DNA of 64,000 nt. It comes from a virus. Shown one piece after another: positions 9,620-19,288 of this stretch; the first letter of the stretch is position 1, and each line of letters opens with the position of its first letter. The translations under genes were made by a program, and so were the position numbers. The notes under the pieces were generated by a model. The model saw only the letters and a list, made by a program, of their open reading frames with translations. It was not told the origin of the DNA and searched no databases. The DNA lies in the IMG/VR virus record IMGVR_UViG_3300023208_000003, positions 96,001-160,000 of that record. One strand, 5' to 3'.

Positions 9620-10570
9620 TTATAGAGGTGCTTGTGGGTTCCGGGACTTTTGTTCGCACCTCTCAAATCAAAACCTTAAAAAGGACTGCACGGTTAGATC
9701 AACAGTACAAGAACTGCCGTCCCCAATGATCTCACACTGCAATTAAGTGCGCGCTGAAGAGCTGACTAAAAAGATATAATTCGTAGGTGTTGCGAGCCTA
9801 TAGTTAAGTTTCTCGTTATTTTGCTAGAGAAATTAATATCGCACCAGAATGGGTTTACCAACTGGTAAAGTGGGTCTTGACAATGTAGCCTTGCCGCGAG
9901 AGCTGCCTGTAGAGGTTTGGAGGGGCTAATTCTTACACGCTGAAAGAAGCGTAAGGAATTAATAACTTAAAAAGAAGACATTGGTGCCTGGACTTGCCCT
10001 TGAGAGCCAATAGCTTGGGGCGCCGCAAGGCGAGGCCTGATAGTATCAGGTTGAATGGCAGGATAGACTAGCGCTTCCGTAAAGCCGACACGAGAAAGAA
10101 AGGATTTCTTTCAAGCTCATAAACGACCATATCGCGACAACCGTAAGGACTTTTTAATAAGAGCTTTTACGGTTGTCGTTCTGAATTTAATTCAGTCCGC
10201 CAAATCGTTCTTAGTGTGGAACGTAAAACGACGGGGATAAGTATCGAATTAGTAGTCGTCCACAAAAACCAGTCGAGAGATTGGTGTAGGCTACCTGGCA
10301 TAGCAAGCCAGCTTAAATAAATTTTGGTCGATAAACGCTTACTATTGTCACTCGATTAATCACTGAGGTAATCAGCTTGATTGGGTTCTACTGAAAATCC
10401 TGTTAATGGGTTTGGGCCGTCTTTATCTAAAAGACTTACAATAATGTCCCTATAATCCAATAACTACATAAAGCTAATTAAAAAGCTTCAATGCAGTGAT
10501 AAACGGGAGAGCGGTAGAGAGGTAGAGATATGTCCCGAGGAAGGTTATAGCTATATTCCTCAATCAGTTT
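9620..10570 (+). ncRNA. putative large structured non-coding RNA (family unassigned; ends approximate)
   Basis: No ORF of 60 aa or more over 9586-10706 in an otherwise gap-free genome. At least 8 hairpins, with GNRA loops and G-U pairs that favour the + strand. Confidence 0.55.
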
Positions 10571-10706
10571 TTAACAAAATAGATAAATTATCAAAAGAGC
10601 TTTGTTTAAATTAACCATTTTATTGGTTAGGCTTAAAAATTTGATATACTTCAAAAATCCTCAATCTTTCTGATAAATAAGTCATCACCTTTATCAGATT
10701 GTCTTA

Positions 10707-11375
10707 ATGAAAACATTCAAGCGCTTTCTAACAGAAGCACCCAAAATTTATAATTCAGATCGTCATTATCCAAACGAGGATTCTGAAGATCTAATCATAA
10801 AAGGTAATATTGAAGATAGTCCTGTTATTGATTTTAGTGACTGGGTAGAGTACGATGAGCAGTATAGTCCAGGCTGTATTGTAGAAGGAAATGTTACTGT
10901 CAGTAAAATTGATTCATTTAAAACTTGTGTTGGCGCTCCAAGTAAAATTAAAAAAACTTTAACAATTCAATATTGCAAAAATTTTATTTCATTAAAAGGG
11001 TTACCTGAAAAGATCGGCGGAAATCTTTATGGATTAAACATTCGTGGTTGTACTGCGTTGACAACTTTAGAGTATTGTCCAAAACAACTTGGCGCTTATT
11101 TTAACCTTGACGGTTGTACGAGTTTAATTAGCTTGAAGTATATGCCGAAGAAAATGGATGGAGATCTGTTTTTAACGGATTGCAAAAATTTAAAAAACAT
11201 TCTTCACGTTTTTCTAACCATTGGTATTGATGAAATTCATTACGATGCTAATCAATCTAATCTAGAACAAGCGCTTTATATTATTTGTGATCATTACTTT
11301 AAAAAAGATAGGGATTTACTTGAGTGCAAAGCTGAATTGATAGAAAGAGGATTATCAGAATATGCAAAGCTTTAA
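10707..11375 (+). CDS. YAKL-family paralogue 9, LRR-rich
   Basis: MKTFKRFLTEA. About 23-aa repeats (L.I..C..L.SL.G.P..I). DRDLLECKAELIERGLSEYAKL*. GATAAATA at 10672. Confidence 0.88.
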   Translation: MKTFKRFLTEAPKIYNSDRHYPNEDSEDLIIKGNIEDSPVIDFSDWVEYDEQYSPGCIVEGNVTVSKIDSFKTCVGAPSKIKKTLTIQYCKNFISLKGLPEKIGGNLYGLNIRGCTALTTLEYCPKQLGAYFNLDGCTSLISLKYMPKKMDGDLFLTDCKNLKNILHVFLTIGIDEIHYDANQSNLEQALYIICDHYFKKDRDLLECKAELIERGLSEYAKL

Positions 11376-12000
11376 ATCATATCTTCAGGAAGAAGATCCT
11401 CCAAGAATTTTCTTTGATCCTAATTATACTTTTTACGATAAGAATGACATTCATTCAATGCGTGATTTAATTCACATACAGCCTGATTATGTTACAGGGT
11501 GCATCATCAAAAATGATTTTGATATCAGCGGTTTGAAAAATATTAAGAGTTGGGATGACGGTCCATCGTATATAGCAGGAACGTTATATGCTGCAGACAC
11601 TGGTTTTACTACGCTAAAAGGAATGCCAAAATATATTGGTTCTGATATTAATCTTCGTATGTGTATGGGATTAACTACTCTTGAAGGGTGTGTTCAAGAG
11701 TGTAATGGGTATTTTGCTATTTCAAATTGTGTTAATCTAGTTTCATTAAAGTGGATGCCTAAGAAAATAACAGGAATTTTATTAATACGATTCTGTCATT
11801 CGCTAAGAGGTATTCTTTCTATTTTACTCTGTGATGGAATAATTGCAATCAAAGATGAAATTACAACAAATCAAAATAACGCGCAGCTACGTGAAGCCAT
11901 GCGAATTGTAAAAGATCATTATTTTAATCAAGATAGAGATATTCTTGAATGTAAAGCAGAACTAATTGAAAATGGATTAGGTGAGTATGCAAAGCTTTAA
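11362..12000 (+). CDS. YAKL-family paralogue 10, LRR-rich
   Basis: MQSFKSYLQEE; repeats; DRDILECKAELIENGLGEYAKL*. Confidence 0.88.
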   Translation: MQSFKSYLQEEDPPRIFFDPNYTFYDKNDIHSMRDLIHIQPDYVTGCIIKNDFDISGLKNIKSWDDGPSYIAGTLYAADTGFTTLKGMPKYIGSDINLRMCMGLTTLEGCVQECNGYFAISNCVNLVSLKWMPKKITGILLIRFCHSLRGILSILLCDGIIAIKDEITTNQNNAQLREAMRIVKDHYFNQDRDILECKAELIENGLGEYAKL

Positions 12001-12619
12001 ATCATTCCTAAATGAAGAAACTCATACAATTCGCTTTGATATTGGCGTTCCTGAATCTGTTGAAGATTTAGCTGAACTTACTGAGGTTTATAATAAAGGA
12101 CCTCAAATATACGTTCCTGGCTGTAAAATTGAAGGTGCATTTTTTGCTACTAATTCTAAAATTAAAAATTTTAAAAATGGTCCATCATACGTTCGTAAGG
12201 AAATTATGGCTGATAGATGTCGAGAGCTTGAATCTCTTGAAGGTATGTGCGATTCAGGTAGCTATGTTTCGCTTGAACGTTGTGATAAGCTTACAACGCT
12301 CGAACATATTCCAAACGTAATTCAAGGCTGGTTGAATATTAATTTTTGCTCAAGCTTAGAAACTCTCAAGCATTTTCCAAAAGCGATTATGGGTGCACTT
12401 TACATTCGTGAGTGCAACGAGATTAGAAATGTGATGCGGCTTTTGATGTGTCATCAAATTTTTAGATTCGATTTTGAAAAAGACTTTCCAGAAAATCCTC
12501 AACTGTCCGAAGCTCTTACAATTATAGCAAAAAATTATAAAAAGTCAGGCGATGCTGATATTCTTGAATGTAAAGCAGAACTAATTGAAAATGGACTAAG
12601 TGATTACGCGAAACTATAA
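11987..12619 (+). CDS. YAKL-family paralogue 11, LRR-rich
   Basis: MQSFKSFLNEE (ATG 11987, 14-nt overlap); DADILECKAELIENGLSDYAKL*. Confidence 0.88.
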   Translation: MQSFKSFLNEETHTIRFDIGVPESVEDLAELTEVYNKGPQIYVPGCKIEGAFFATNSKIKNFKNGPSYVRKEIMADRCRELESLEGMCDSGSYVSLERCDKLTTLEHIPNVIQGWLNINFCSSLETLKHFPKAIMGALYIRECNEIRNVMRLLMCHQIFRFDFEKDFPENPQLSEALTIIAKNYKKSGDADILECKAELIENGLSDYAKL

Positions 12620-12644
12620 AGGGCAACCGAAGCTGCCCTTTATA
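12615..12644. terminator. bidirectional intrinsic terminator
   Basis: TATAAAGGGCA-ACCGAAGC-TGCCCTTTATA between convergent genes. Confidence 0.75.
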
Positions 12645-12677
12645 ACGTCGCTAAAAGTATCTGAACTCACGACTTGA

Positions 12678-12902
12678 TTAAAACACTGGGTGCATCATTT
12701 TACCAGCAGCTTCTAAACGCTCATTTACTATTTCAATTGCAAGATCTCGCTCACCTGCAGACATTTGCAGTACTTGATCATAATCCCACCCACCCCTAGA
12801 AAACCACGCTATTTCTAAACACGTCTTAATCAGCGATCTGATTTCTTTTCCTAAGAAATTGATGTGCTGACTAACCATATTCATATCCCCAGTGTGCATC
12901 AT
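12678..12902 (-). CDS. baseplate hub assembly protein (T4 gp51-like)
   Basis: Short acidic protein (W..RGG..Y..VL.MS..ER..) downstream of a gp26-like gene. Confidence 0.55.
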   Translation of the reverse strand: MMHTGDMNMVSQHINFLGKEIRSLIKTCLEIAWFSRGGWDYDQVLQMSAGERDLAIEIVNERLEAAGKMMHPVF

Positions 12903-13693
12903 TCGGTGAAAAAAGACACTGGATTAATTGGAATTTCAGTATCAAAACTTTCACCACAATCTCTACACTCAAGCTTAACTTCAAGCTTTGGTCCCCAACT
13001 ATTTGTATTTTCAATTGCTGTGGCAATTTTACTAATGTAAGGAGCAGGTACTACCTTTAACCACTCTCTAATCATCTTCTTATCTTCAACATTATCGACG
13101 CTCTTGATAATGTTGAGAAGATTTGTCATTAACGTTTTCTGCATATCATCAGCAGTAAATTCCTTTTTAGATTCGTTAAGCTTTACAATTTCTAGCAAGT
13201 GACGATAGCGCACGGGTTGAATTAAAACCTGTTGCTCATTTCCAAGATCCACAGTATACTGTTGTGTGATAATTGCTGGATCAAGATACTCCATTGTTTG
13301 GAGCTGTTGCTCTAAATTAACCGCGTAGCTATGAGACTTTGCATTATCGCAGGTATGAATTCTATGAAGTTCATAGTTACTTCCATATGTAACTAGTCGT
13401 AAGAACAACATCACCGCATCAACGTCACGTCCAAACAATTCGTGCGGTTTAACGATATCGGGAACACAAGTTTTAAAAACTGTTTCGATAGCTGAACCAT
13501 TGAAAAGAAGATCTGGATTCTTAATTACGATTTCATCAAGCGCCGACATTGGATGCACGTGAATTTCACCGTTTGTCACACTTGACGCAAGCTCTCCATT
13601 CGTATATAAAGCCCCACGTGAAGGGAGCTGAAAGACTCGACCTGGAAGTTTGACTTTCGCAAGGAGAGGATTTGATTGAAAATTTTCTGACAT
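12899..13693 (-). CDS. baseplate hub subunit (T4 gp26-like)
   Basis: NPLLAK..LPGR.FQLPSRG..Y start, RD.DA..L..R..TYG, C-terminal C..CG..F..EIPINP..FF. Confidence 0.7.
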   Translation of the reverse strand: MSENFQSNPLLAKVKLPGRVFQLPSRGALYTNGELASSVTNGEIHVHPMSALDEIVIKNPDLLFNGSAIETVFKTCVPDIVKPHELFGRDVDAVMLFLRLVTYGSNYELHRIHTCDNAKSHSYAVNLEQQLQTMEYLDPAIITQQYTVDLGNEQQVLIQPVRYRHLLEIVKLNESKKEFTADDMQKTLMTNLLNIIKSVDNVEDKKMIREWLKVVPAPYISKIATAIENTNSWGPKLEVKLECRDCGESFDTEIPINPVSFFTE

Positions 13694-13712
13694 TTTTGTA
13701 TTCCTTTATGCG

Positions 13713-13736
13713 TATAAATAGACAATACTATTTATC
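13713..13736. promoter_or_regulatory. pair of oppositely oriented T4-like late promoters
   Basis: TATAAATA (+, 13713-13720) toward the 13757 gene; GATAAATAG (-, 13736-13728) toward the 13693 gene. Confidence 0.65.
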
Positions 13737-13756
13737 TTTGTGAGAATAACACAAAA

Positions 13757-16700
13757 ATGGCAGCATCTGACAACACCGAACTTTTAAAATCACTTGATAG
13801 ACTTCGCGGCACTATAGAAAGTTTATCAAGAATTACTGAAACATCAGAAACGCGCCGTCGCCAGCGCGTTGAAGGGGGTGGTGGTGAATTCAAACCAAAA
13901 GATGTAAAGAAGACATTTACTGAATTCTACGTGAGCGTTGGCAAAGCTTCTAAGAGTTTCAAAGATACTGCTGAGGCGATGACTGATCTTCACGAAGCAG
14001 CACATTTAACATCAGAGGAACACGATAAACTAACTGCTTCAATTTTAAAAAGCTCAAATATCATTGAACTGTATAATGATCAGACGCATAAAACAATTCG
14101 ATCAATGCGTCAATTTGATGAAGAGAATAGAAGAACGGCTGCTAATTTAGATGATGTTTTTTCGATGCTTGACAAAGAAATTAATGGTAGCACGAAAAAA
14201 TATGCTGAGCTTATAAAGCATATTAAAGACGCTAATGGTGATTATAAAAAAATACGCGGAACTGCGCTAACATATATGATGGCAATAAATGACGCAAAAG
14301 ACTCGATTAAAGGTTTTGAAAAAGGTTTAGATTCTTCACTAGAAGAAATTCAAAAAGCTTATGATGCAGCTGCAAAAAAACAAAAAGCAATTCAAGAGAA
14401 TACAAAACGTAATTATGCAGCAGCTCAGGCTGCTTCAAATATTCAGCAAAAATTTGGAGTATTTGGTGAAGCAATAACAGGTGTAGCTTCAAAAGCGGTA
14501 ATTGCTGGTGCCATTTTAACTGAGCTTTGGAAAGGCGCAAAGCTTGCGTGGGATCAATTGACGATTTTAGGTAAGGCTGGGTTAGCCTCAGAATTTGGTA
14601 ATATTTGGAATTCGTCATTTCATCTCGGTGTAAATTTTGAAAAAATGACGGCTATTACTAAAGATAGTATGGCCGCAATGCGTTTATCAAAAAAGAATAT
14701 AGATGAATTTACAAAAGAAGTGAGCGCCAATCAAAACGCACTAACTGCCTTTACTTACAGTACCGAAGATTCTGCTGCCGGGTTAATGGCAATGCGCTCA
14801 GACTTGCTTGATATGGGCGCGGCGTTTGATAACACTCCAACTCTTAACAAAGCAATGGCGTCTCAGACTGCTTCGTTTGCTAAATTGAATGCGATGACCG
14901 GCGCGTCAATGGAAGAGTTTATTCGTTTGAATAAAGAGCTTGGAACGTCATCTTCCGTTCAAATGATGCTTTTAGGGCTTGATAAAAAAGCTCGTCTTCA
15001 AAAAATTGAGGACTTAAAACAAGCACGTGAATATTATGCCACGATGGGAATGAGCGCGCAAGAAGCTCAGGAAATGGTAAAGCGCATTCAAGACATTGGT
15101 AAGGAAAAAGTAGTTGATCGTTTTGAACAAGCTGCGCAGCTTAGACGCTCTATGACAATGCTTGGAATAGCTGGAGGAGCAGAAGCTCAACAAAATTTAT
15201 TAAGTGGAAAGTTTAGAAATGATCCAGAAGCTGCTAAAAAATTGCAAGCAGCGATCCAAGCTACGCAAGTAGGGTTAGATCGCTGGAAAATGTCGAATAA
15301 TATTCAAAAAGAATTACAGGCTGACACTTTAATTGCTACTCTTGGGCCATTATTCAATCAATTTAGCGATAGCAATCGTCAAAATCAGTTACGTCAAGAG
15401 GCCGCAGACGACAAGCGTATAATTGCAGATGCCGAAGCTCGTAAGCAACAGGCGAGTGATGGAACTTTATTTTTAAAAGAACTTGGTGGTAAGTTTGACG
15501 CAATAATGAGCGGTCCTCTAGGCAATATTATTAAAGCTGGAGGTTTTGCAGCTGCAGGATTATTCGGTGGGAAACTTTGGAGCAAAGGCAAGGATTGGTT
15601 TGTAAATCGTGGCGCAAGTAAAACTGCAGAGGGCGCAGCCGAAGATGCAGGAAAAATTGCTAAAAAATCTGGCGGAAAGGTGTTAGGATTTTTAGGACGC
15701 TTCGGTGAAGCATTTGGAAAAATAGCAACTAAAATTCCGTGGGAAGGAATGGGTAGAATGCTTGGAAAAACTTTAGGCCCAATAGCAATTATAGGAGAAA
15801 GTCTTTTTAATATGTCAAAAACGGCAGAAATTTTTGGCAAGGAGGCAAATAATGTTTCTTTTAGCCAACTTCTGACTACCTACTTTATGGGTTTCCCAAA
15901 AATGATCGGTAAGATCATTGACAGTATCTTTGGAACAGATGCAGAGTCTCTTTTTGACACTTCAACAATTGTAATTTCACGATTTTTTACTGATCTTTAT
16001 GATGGGGTTGTTGACTTTTTTCAATATTCGTGGGACTTAGTGACTGGTCACGGCTCAGATTTGTTTGATAAACTTTCACTTGTTATGAAACGTGTTATTC
16101 ATTCATTCGGCAATATTATGTCAAATATTGCTGATATGATGCAAGAAGCACCTGACACAATTTTCTCAATGTATGATCGTTATTTTGGTGATGATGAGGC
16201 AAAAGAACGATCACGAAAATATGATGAAGTAAGAGCTAAAGCTAAAACCGAAAGAGATGCTCAGCACGCTCAAGATAATAAAGCGTTTGAAGATTCAATA
16301 AAAGCAGAAATGCAAAAAATAACACAAAAGCGCGCAGAATCTGACGCTGCATTTAAAGCGCAACAGGCTTCAAAAAAATCTGAAAAAGATAAACAGCGTG
16401 CTCAAGAAGATGACGCATTTGTTCAAACAATGGTCAACAGAAATAGAAAGAAAGCAGCCGATGCAGCGAAAAAGGATGCTGAAGAAGCAGCAGCTAAGAA
16501 TAAAAATGCCAACAACGCACTTAGTCAGCTAATGTCAGACCCTAAATCATTCCTTGGTTTGACAAACTGGGCAAATTTGAGTAACAATTTAGCTCAAACT
16601 GTAACTTCTGGAGGAACTACAGGAATTTCAGGTGGGCCGACTATAAATAGCAACGTAGCTCCAATAGTTGCCGCTCAAGCAGCAACTTCTTCCGGAAATG

Positions 16701-16933
16701 CATCACCAACAGCGACAACTGAAAAAACAGAAGAAACTACACTCGCGGATGTTGCTGCACTCTTACAAAAGCTTGTCGATATTGAGCAGAAAAATCTTAC
16801 TTCTCAACAGGATCAGTTTGACTATATGAAAAGTCTGAAAGGATCTGGTTTAGCAGGAGCTGCTGCCGCCACCGTGCTCGACGCTTTCGGTAATTCTTTT
16901 TCTTCAAAATTTGACATGTCACAGAGGGCATAA
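13757..16933 (+). CDS. tape-measure-like protein
   Basis: 1058 aa, Ala/Lys-rich helical composition with a central hydrophobic/Gly segment; located between hub genes and portal. Confidence 0.6.
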   Translation: MAASDNTELLKSLDRLRGTIESLSRITETSETRRRQRVEGGGGEFKPKDVKKTFTEFYVSVGKASKSFKDTAEAMTDLHEAAHLTSEEHDKLTASILKSSNIIELYNDQTHKTIRSMRQFDEENRRTAANLDDVFSMLDKEINGSTKKYAELIKHIKDANGDYKKIRGTALTYMMAINDAKDSIKGFEKGLDSSLEEIQKAYDAAAKKQKAIQENTKRNYAAAQAASNIQQKFGVFGEAITGVASKAVIAGAILTELWKGAKLAWDQLTILGKAGLASEFGNIWNSSFHLGVNFEKMTAITKDSMAAMRLSKKNIDEFTKEVSANQNALTAFTYSTEDSAAGLMAMRSDLLDMGAAFDNTPTLNKAMASQTASFAKLNAMTGASMEEFIRLNKELGTSSSVQMMLLGLDKKARLQKIEDLKQAREYYATMGMSAQEAQEMVKRIQDIGKEKVVDRFEQAAQLRRSMTMLGIAGGAEAQQNLLSGKFRNDPEAAKKLQAAIQATQVGLDRWKMSNNIQKELQADTLIATLGPLFNQFSDSNRQNQLRQEAADDKRIIADAEARKQQASDGTLFLKELGGKFDAIMSGPLGNIIKAGGFAAAGLFGGKLWSKGKDWFVNRGASKTAEGAAEDAGKIAKKSGGKVLGFLGRFGEAFGKIATKIPWEGMGRMLGKTLGPIAIIGESLFNMSKTAEIFGKEANNVSFSQLLTTYFMGFPKMIGKIIDSIFGTDAESLFDTSTIVISRFFTDLYDGVVDFFQYSWDLVTGHGSDLFDKLSLVMKRVIHSFGNIMSNIADMMQEAPDTIFSMYDRYFGDDEAKERSRKYDEVRAKAKTERDAQHAQDNKAFEDSIKAEMQKITQKRAESDAAFKAQQASKKSEKDKQRAQEDDAFVQTMVNRNRKKAADAAKKDAEEAAAKNKNANNALSQLMSDPKSFLGLTNWANLSNNLAQTVTSGGTTGISGGPTINSNVAPIVAAQAATSSGNASPTATTEKTEETTLADVAALLQKLVDIEQKNLTSQQDQFDYMKSLKGSGLAGAAAATVLDAFGNSFSSKFDMSQRA

Positions 16934-18582
16934 TGGCAACTTGGGTAAATTATTGGCGAATTATTACGCCAGCTTCTAAAAAGCAGCAATACACGCATTT
17001 AGCGACAGATACTCTATCAAACACAAATCCAAACGCTGTAGCGTCAATTTCATGGTACTCGCAGATCATGAAAGGCGCTGGAACTCGTTTACAACGTTAT
17101 ATCCAATACGAAGGCATGGATGGCGACGTTGACGTATCACGCGCTCTTGATATTATTGCCGAAGAAATTTCAAATGATGACGAACGTACAGGTTTGCCAT
17201 TTTTAATTGAGTATCAAAATGAAGAAGATGAGGAAGTATCAGAAACTATTGTTTCAACGCTAAGAGCGGCTGTTCGACATTGGGCAAGAATACAAGATTT
17301 AAACAATAGAATTTTTAGAACTGCCCGCACGATGGTTAAGTACGGAGATTGCTTCTTTAGAAAAACTACTGACTTTAAGAAATGGGATTTTGTTGACCCA
17401 TCAAAAGTTTTAGGCATTGAAATTAACGAAAAAAATGAGCGAGTTGCGTATCACTTAAAAAAGGGTGAGGGCACTGTAACAGTAGGCGGGCGCAACGATA
17501 ACGTTGAAATTGTTCCAGCTGACGCAATAATTCACTTCTCACTTTCGGATGAAATGGAAGATATGGCTCCATTTGGTGAGTCTGTTCTTCAACCAATTTT
17601 TAGAACATTCAAACAGCTTTCAATGCTTGAAGACTCAACAATCATTTATCAGATTGTTCGCGCGCCTGAACGTCGAGTATTCTACATTGACGTTGGTAAC
17701 ATGCCACAGCAGCGCGTGGCAACTTATTTAGAATCTATTAAGAATCAAATTCGTCAAAAACGTCAACCAAATACAACCGCTGGAAAGGAAAATGTTGACG
17801 GTGTATACAATCCAAACTCCATTCAAGAGGATTTCTTTTTTCCTGTAACGACATCTGGACGTGGTTCGCGCGTTGAAACTCTTCCTGGCGGCGAAAATCA
17901 AGGGCAAAATGAAAATCTTCTTTATTTTCAAAAGAAGATGTTTAGAGGCCTTCGTATTCCAACTTCATATATGGTTGGCCAGGATGGTCAACAAGCTCAA
18001 TATAACGATGGTAAGGTTGGTATTGCTTATATTGAAGAACTTCGTTTTGCAAACTTTATTAAACGTCTTCAAAATAAGCTTGAAAGCGTTTATGATTATC
18101 AGTTCAAAATATATCTGAATGCCGCAAACATTATTGTAAATGAGGAGCTCTTTCTTTTAAAACTTCCTGATCCACAAAATTTTGCTCTTTATAGACAAGC
18201 CGCACTTGACACTGATCTTATAAATGCGTTCAAGTCTGTTGAAGATGTTGAGTATCTTTCACGTAGATTTATTTTAGCTCGTTACCTTGGTTTAACTGAG
18301 GATGAAATTCAAATGAATGAAGCAATGCTTAAGCAAGAACGCGCTATTCGTGAGGATGTTAATCTTTCTGATCTACAGCAAATATATGACAAAAAGGTTT
18401 ATGAAAATCGTCCAGAACAAAAAGTTGAAGAGCCAGAAGCTGAAGGTGGTGAAGAAATGGGTGGCGGGGAACCTGGTGGTGAAGAAATGGGTGGAATGGG
18501 TGGCGCGCCTGAAGAAATGGGTGGCGGAGGAGCAGAATTACCACCAGGAGGACCTGGTGGTGAAGAAAATTTAACAATTTAG
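16933..18582 (+). CDS. gp20: portal protein (T4 gp20-like)
   Basis: QL.MLEDS.IIY.IVRAPERRVFYIDVGNMP, EDFFFP...GRGSRVETLPGG, YF.KK.FRGLRIP, ELRF..FI.RLQ. Confidence 0.95.
   Translation: MATWVNYWRIITPASKKQQYTHLATDTLSNTNPNAVASISWYSQIMKGAGTRLQRYIQYEGMDGDVDVSRALDIIAEEISNDDERTGLPFLIEYQNEEDEEVSETIVSTLRAAVRHWARIQDLNNRIFRTARTMVKYGDCFFRKTTDFKKWDFVDPSKVLGIEINEKNERVAYHLKKGEGTVTVGGRNDNVEIVPADAIIHFSLSDEMEDMAPFGESVLQPIFRTFKQLSMLEDSTIIYQIVRAPERRVFYIDVGNMPQQRVATYLESIKNQIRQKRQPNTTAGKENVDGVYNPNSIQEDFFFPVTTSGRGSRVETLPGGENQGQNENLLYFQKKMFRGLRIPTSYMVGQDGQQAQYNDGKVGIAYIEELRFANFIKRLQNKLESVYDYQFKIYLNAANIIVNEELFLLKLPDPQNFALYRQAALDTDLINAFKSVEDVEYLSRRFILARYLGLTEDEIQMNEAMLKQERAIREDVNLSDLQQIYDKKVYENRPEQKVEEPEAEGGEEMGGGEPGGEEMGGMGGAPEEMGGGGAELPPGGPGGEENLTI
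18451..18524 (+). repeat. GAAGAAATGGGTGG x3 at 30-bp period (EEMGG repeats in portal tail)
   Basis: Copies start at 18451, 18481 and 18511. Confidence 0.85.
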
Positions 18583-18650
18583 TAACAAAAGTTTGAAAAA
18601 CGCTAAATATAACTAACTAGAATTTTCGCCTATTTAAAGGAATTACAACT

Positions 18651-19262
18651 ATGGCAAAAGAAATTTTGATTGAAAACATTTCGCCAATTCAGGCAAATTT
18701 AGTTGAATCAATTGATACTGAAAAAAATTATTTTTTGACAGGTATTTCAATGCAGGCCAATATTCGTAATGGCAATAATCGCATTTATCCACTTGAAGAA
18801 ATCTCACGTGAAGTTCAACGAGTACAAGAAAATTTAAAAAAAGGAAGCTATGTGCTTGGAGAACTTAATCATCCAGATACCTTAGCAATCAATCCATACA
18901 ATGCGTCTCACGCAATTATGGAAATTAACATGGATGGTGAAAATGCTGTTAGTAAGATGAAACTTCTTGATACCCCTGCTGGTAATATTGCACGTGCAAT
19001 TTTAGAAGGCGGTGTTCGCTTAGGTGTTTCATCTCGTGGTGCCGGTAATGTTGGAAATGATGGAAGCGTTTCTGATTTTCAACTTGTAACAATTGACATT
19101 GTTCATCAACCATCAGCACCTAACGCATATCCAAATTTTGTTCGTGAAGCTCAAGAGAACACAAAGATTGTAACTCTTGCTGAGTCTGTTGTTCACGATA
19201 AAGCTGCTCAAAAATATTTAGCAGCGGAGATGAAAAAATTTATCAAAAGCATTTTGAATTAA
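18651..19262 (+). CDS. gp21: prohead protease (T4 gp21-like)
   Basis: N.N.RIYP, LGELNHP, ASH, GVSSRG.G, DIV..PSAP.A. Confidence 0.93.
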   Translation: MAKEILIENISPIQANLVESIDTEKNYFLTGISMQANIRNGNNRIYPLEEISREVQRVQENLKKGSYVLGELNHPDTLAINPYNASHAIMEINMDGENAVSKMKLLDTPAGNIARAILEGGVRLGVSSRGAGNVGNDGSVSDFQLVTIDIVHQPSAPNAYPNFVREAQENTKIVTLAESVVHDKAAQKYLAAEMKKFIKSILN

Positions 19263-19288
19263 AAATATAACACATAGGAGCATAAAAA

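Noticed and set aside
9586-10706. Group I or group II intron, tRNA cluster, or CRISPR array
   Set aside because: Only loose matches were seen (AAGATATAATTC near 9771, GAGATATGTCC near 10525, GTGCG near 9747), with no convincing P7 pairing or domain V. The flanking ORFs are complete rather than split exons. No cloverleaf or regularly spaced direct repeats were seen. A covariance-model search is still needed.
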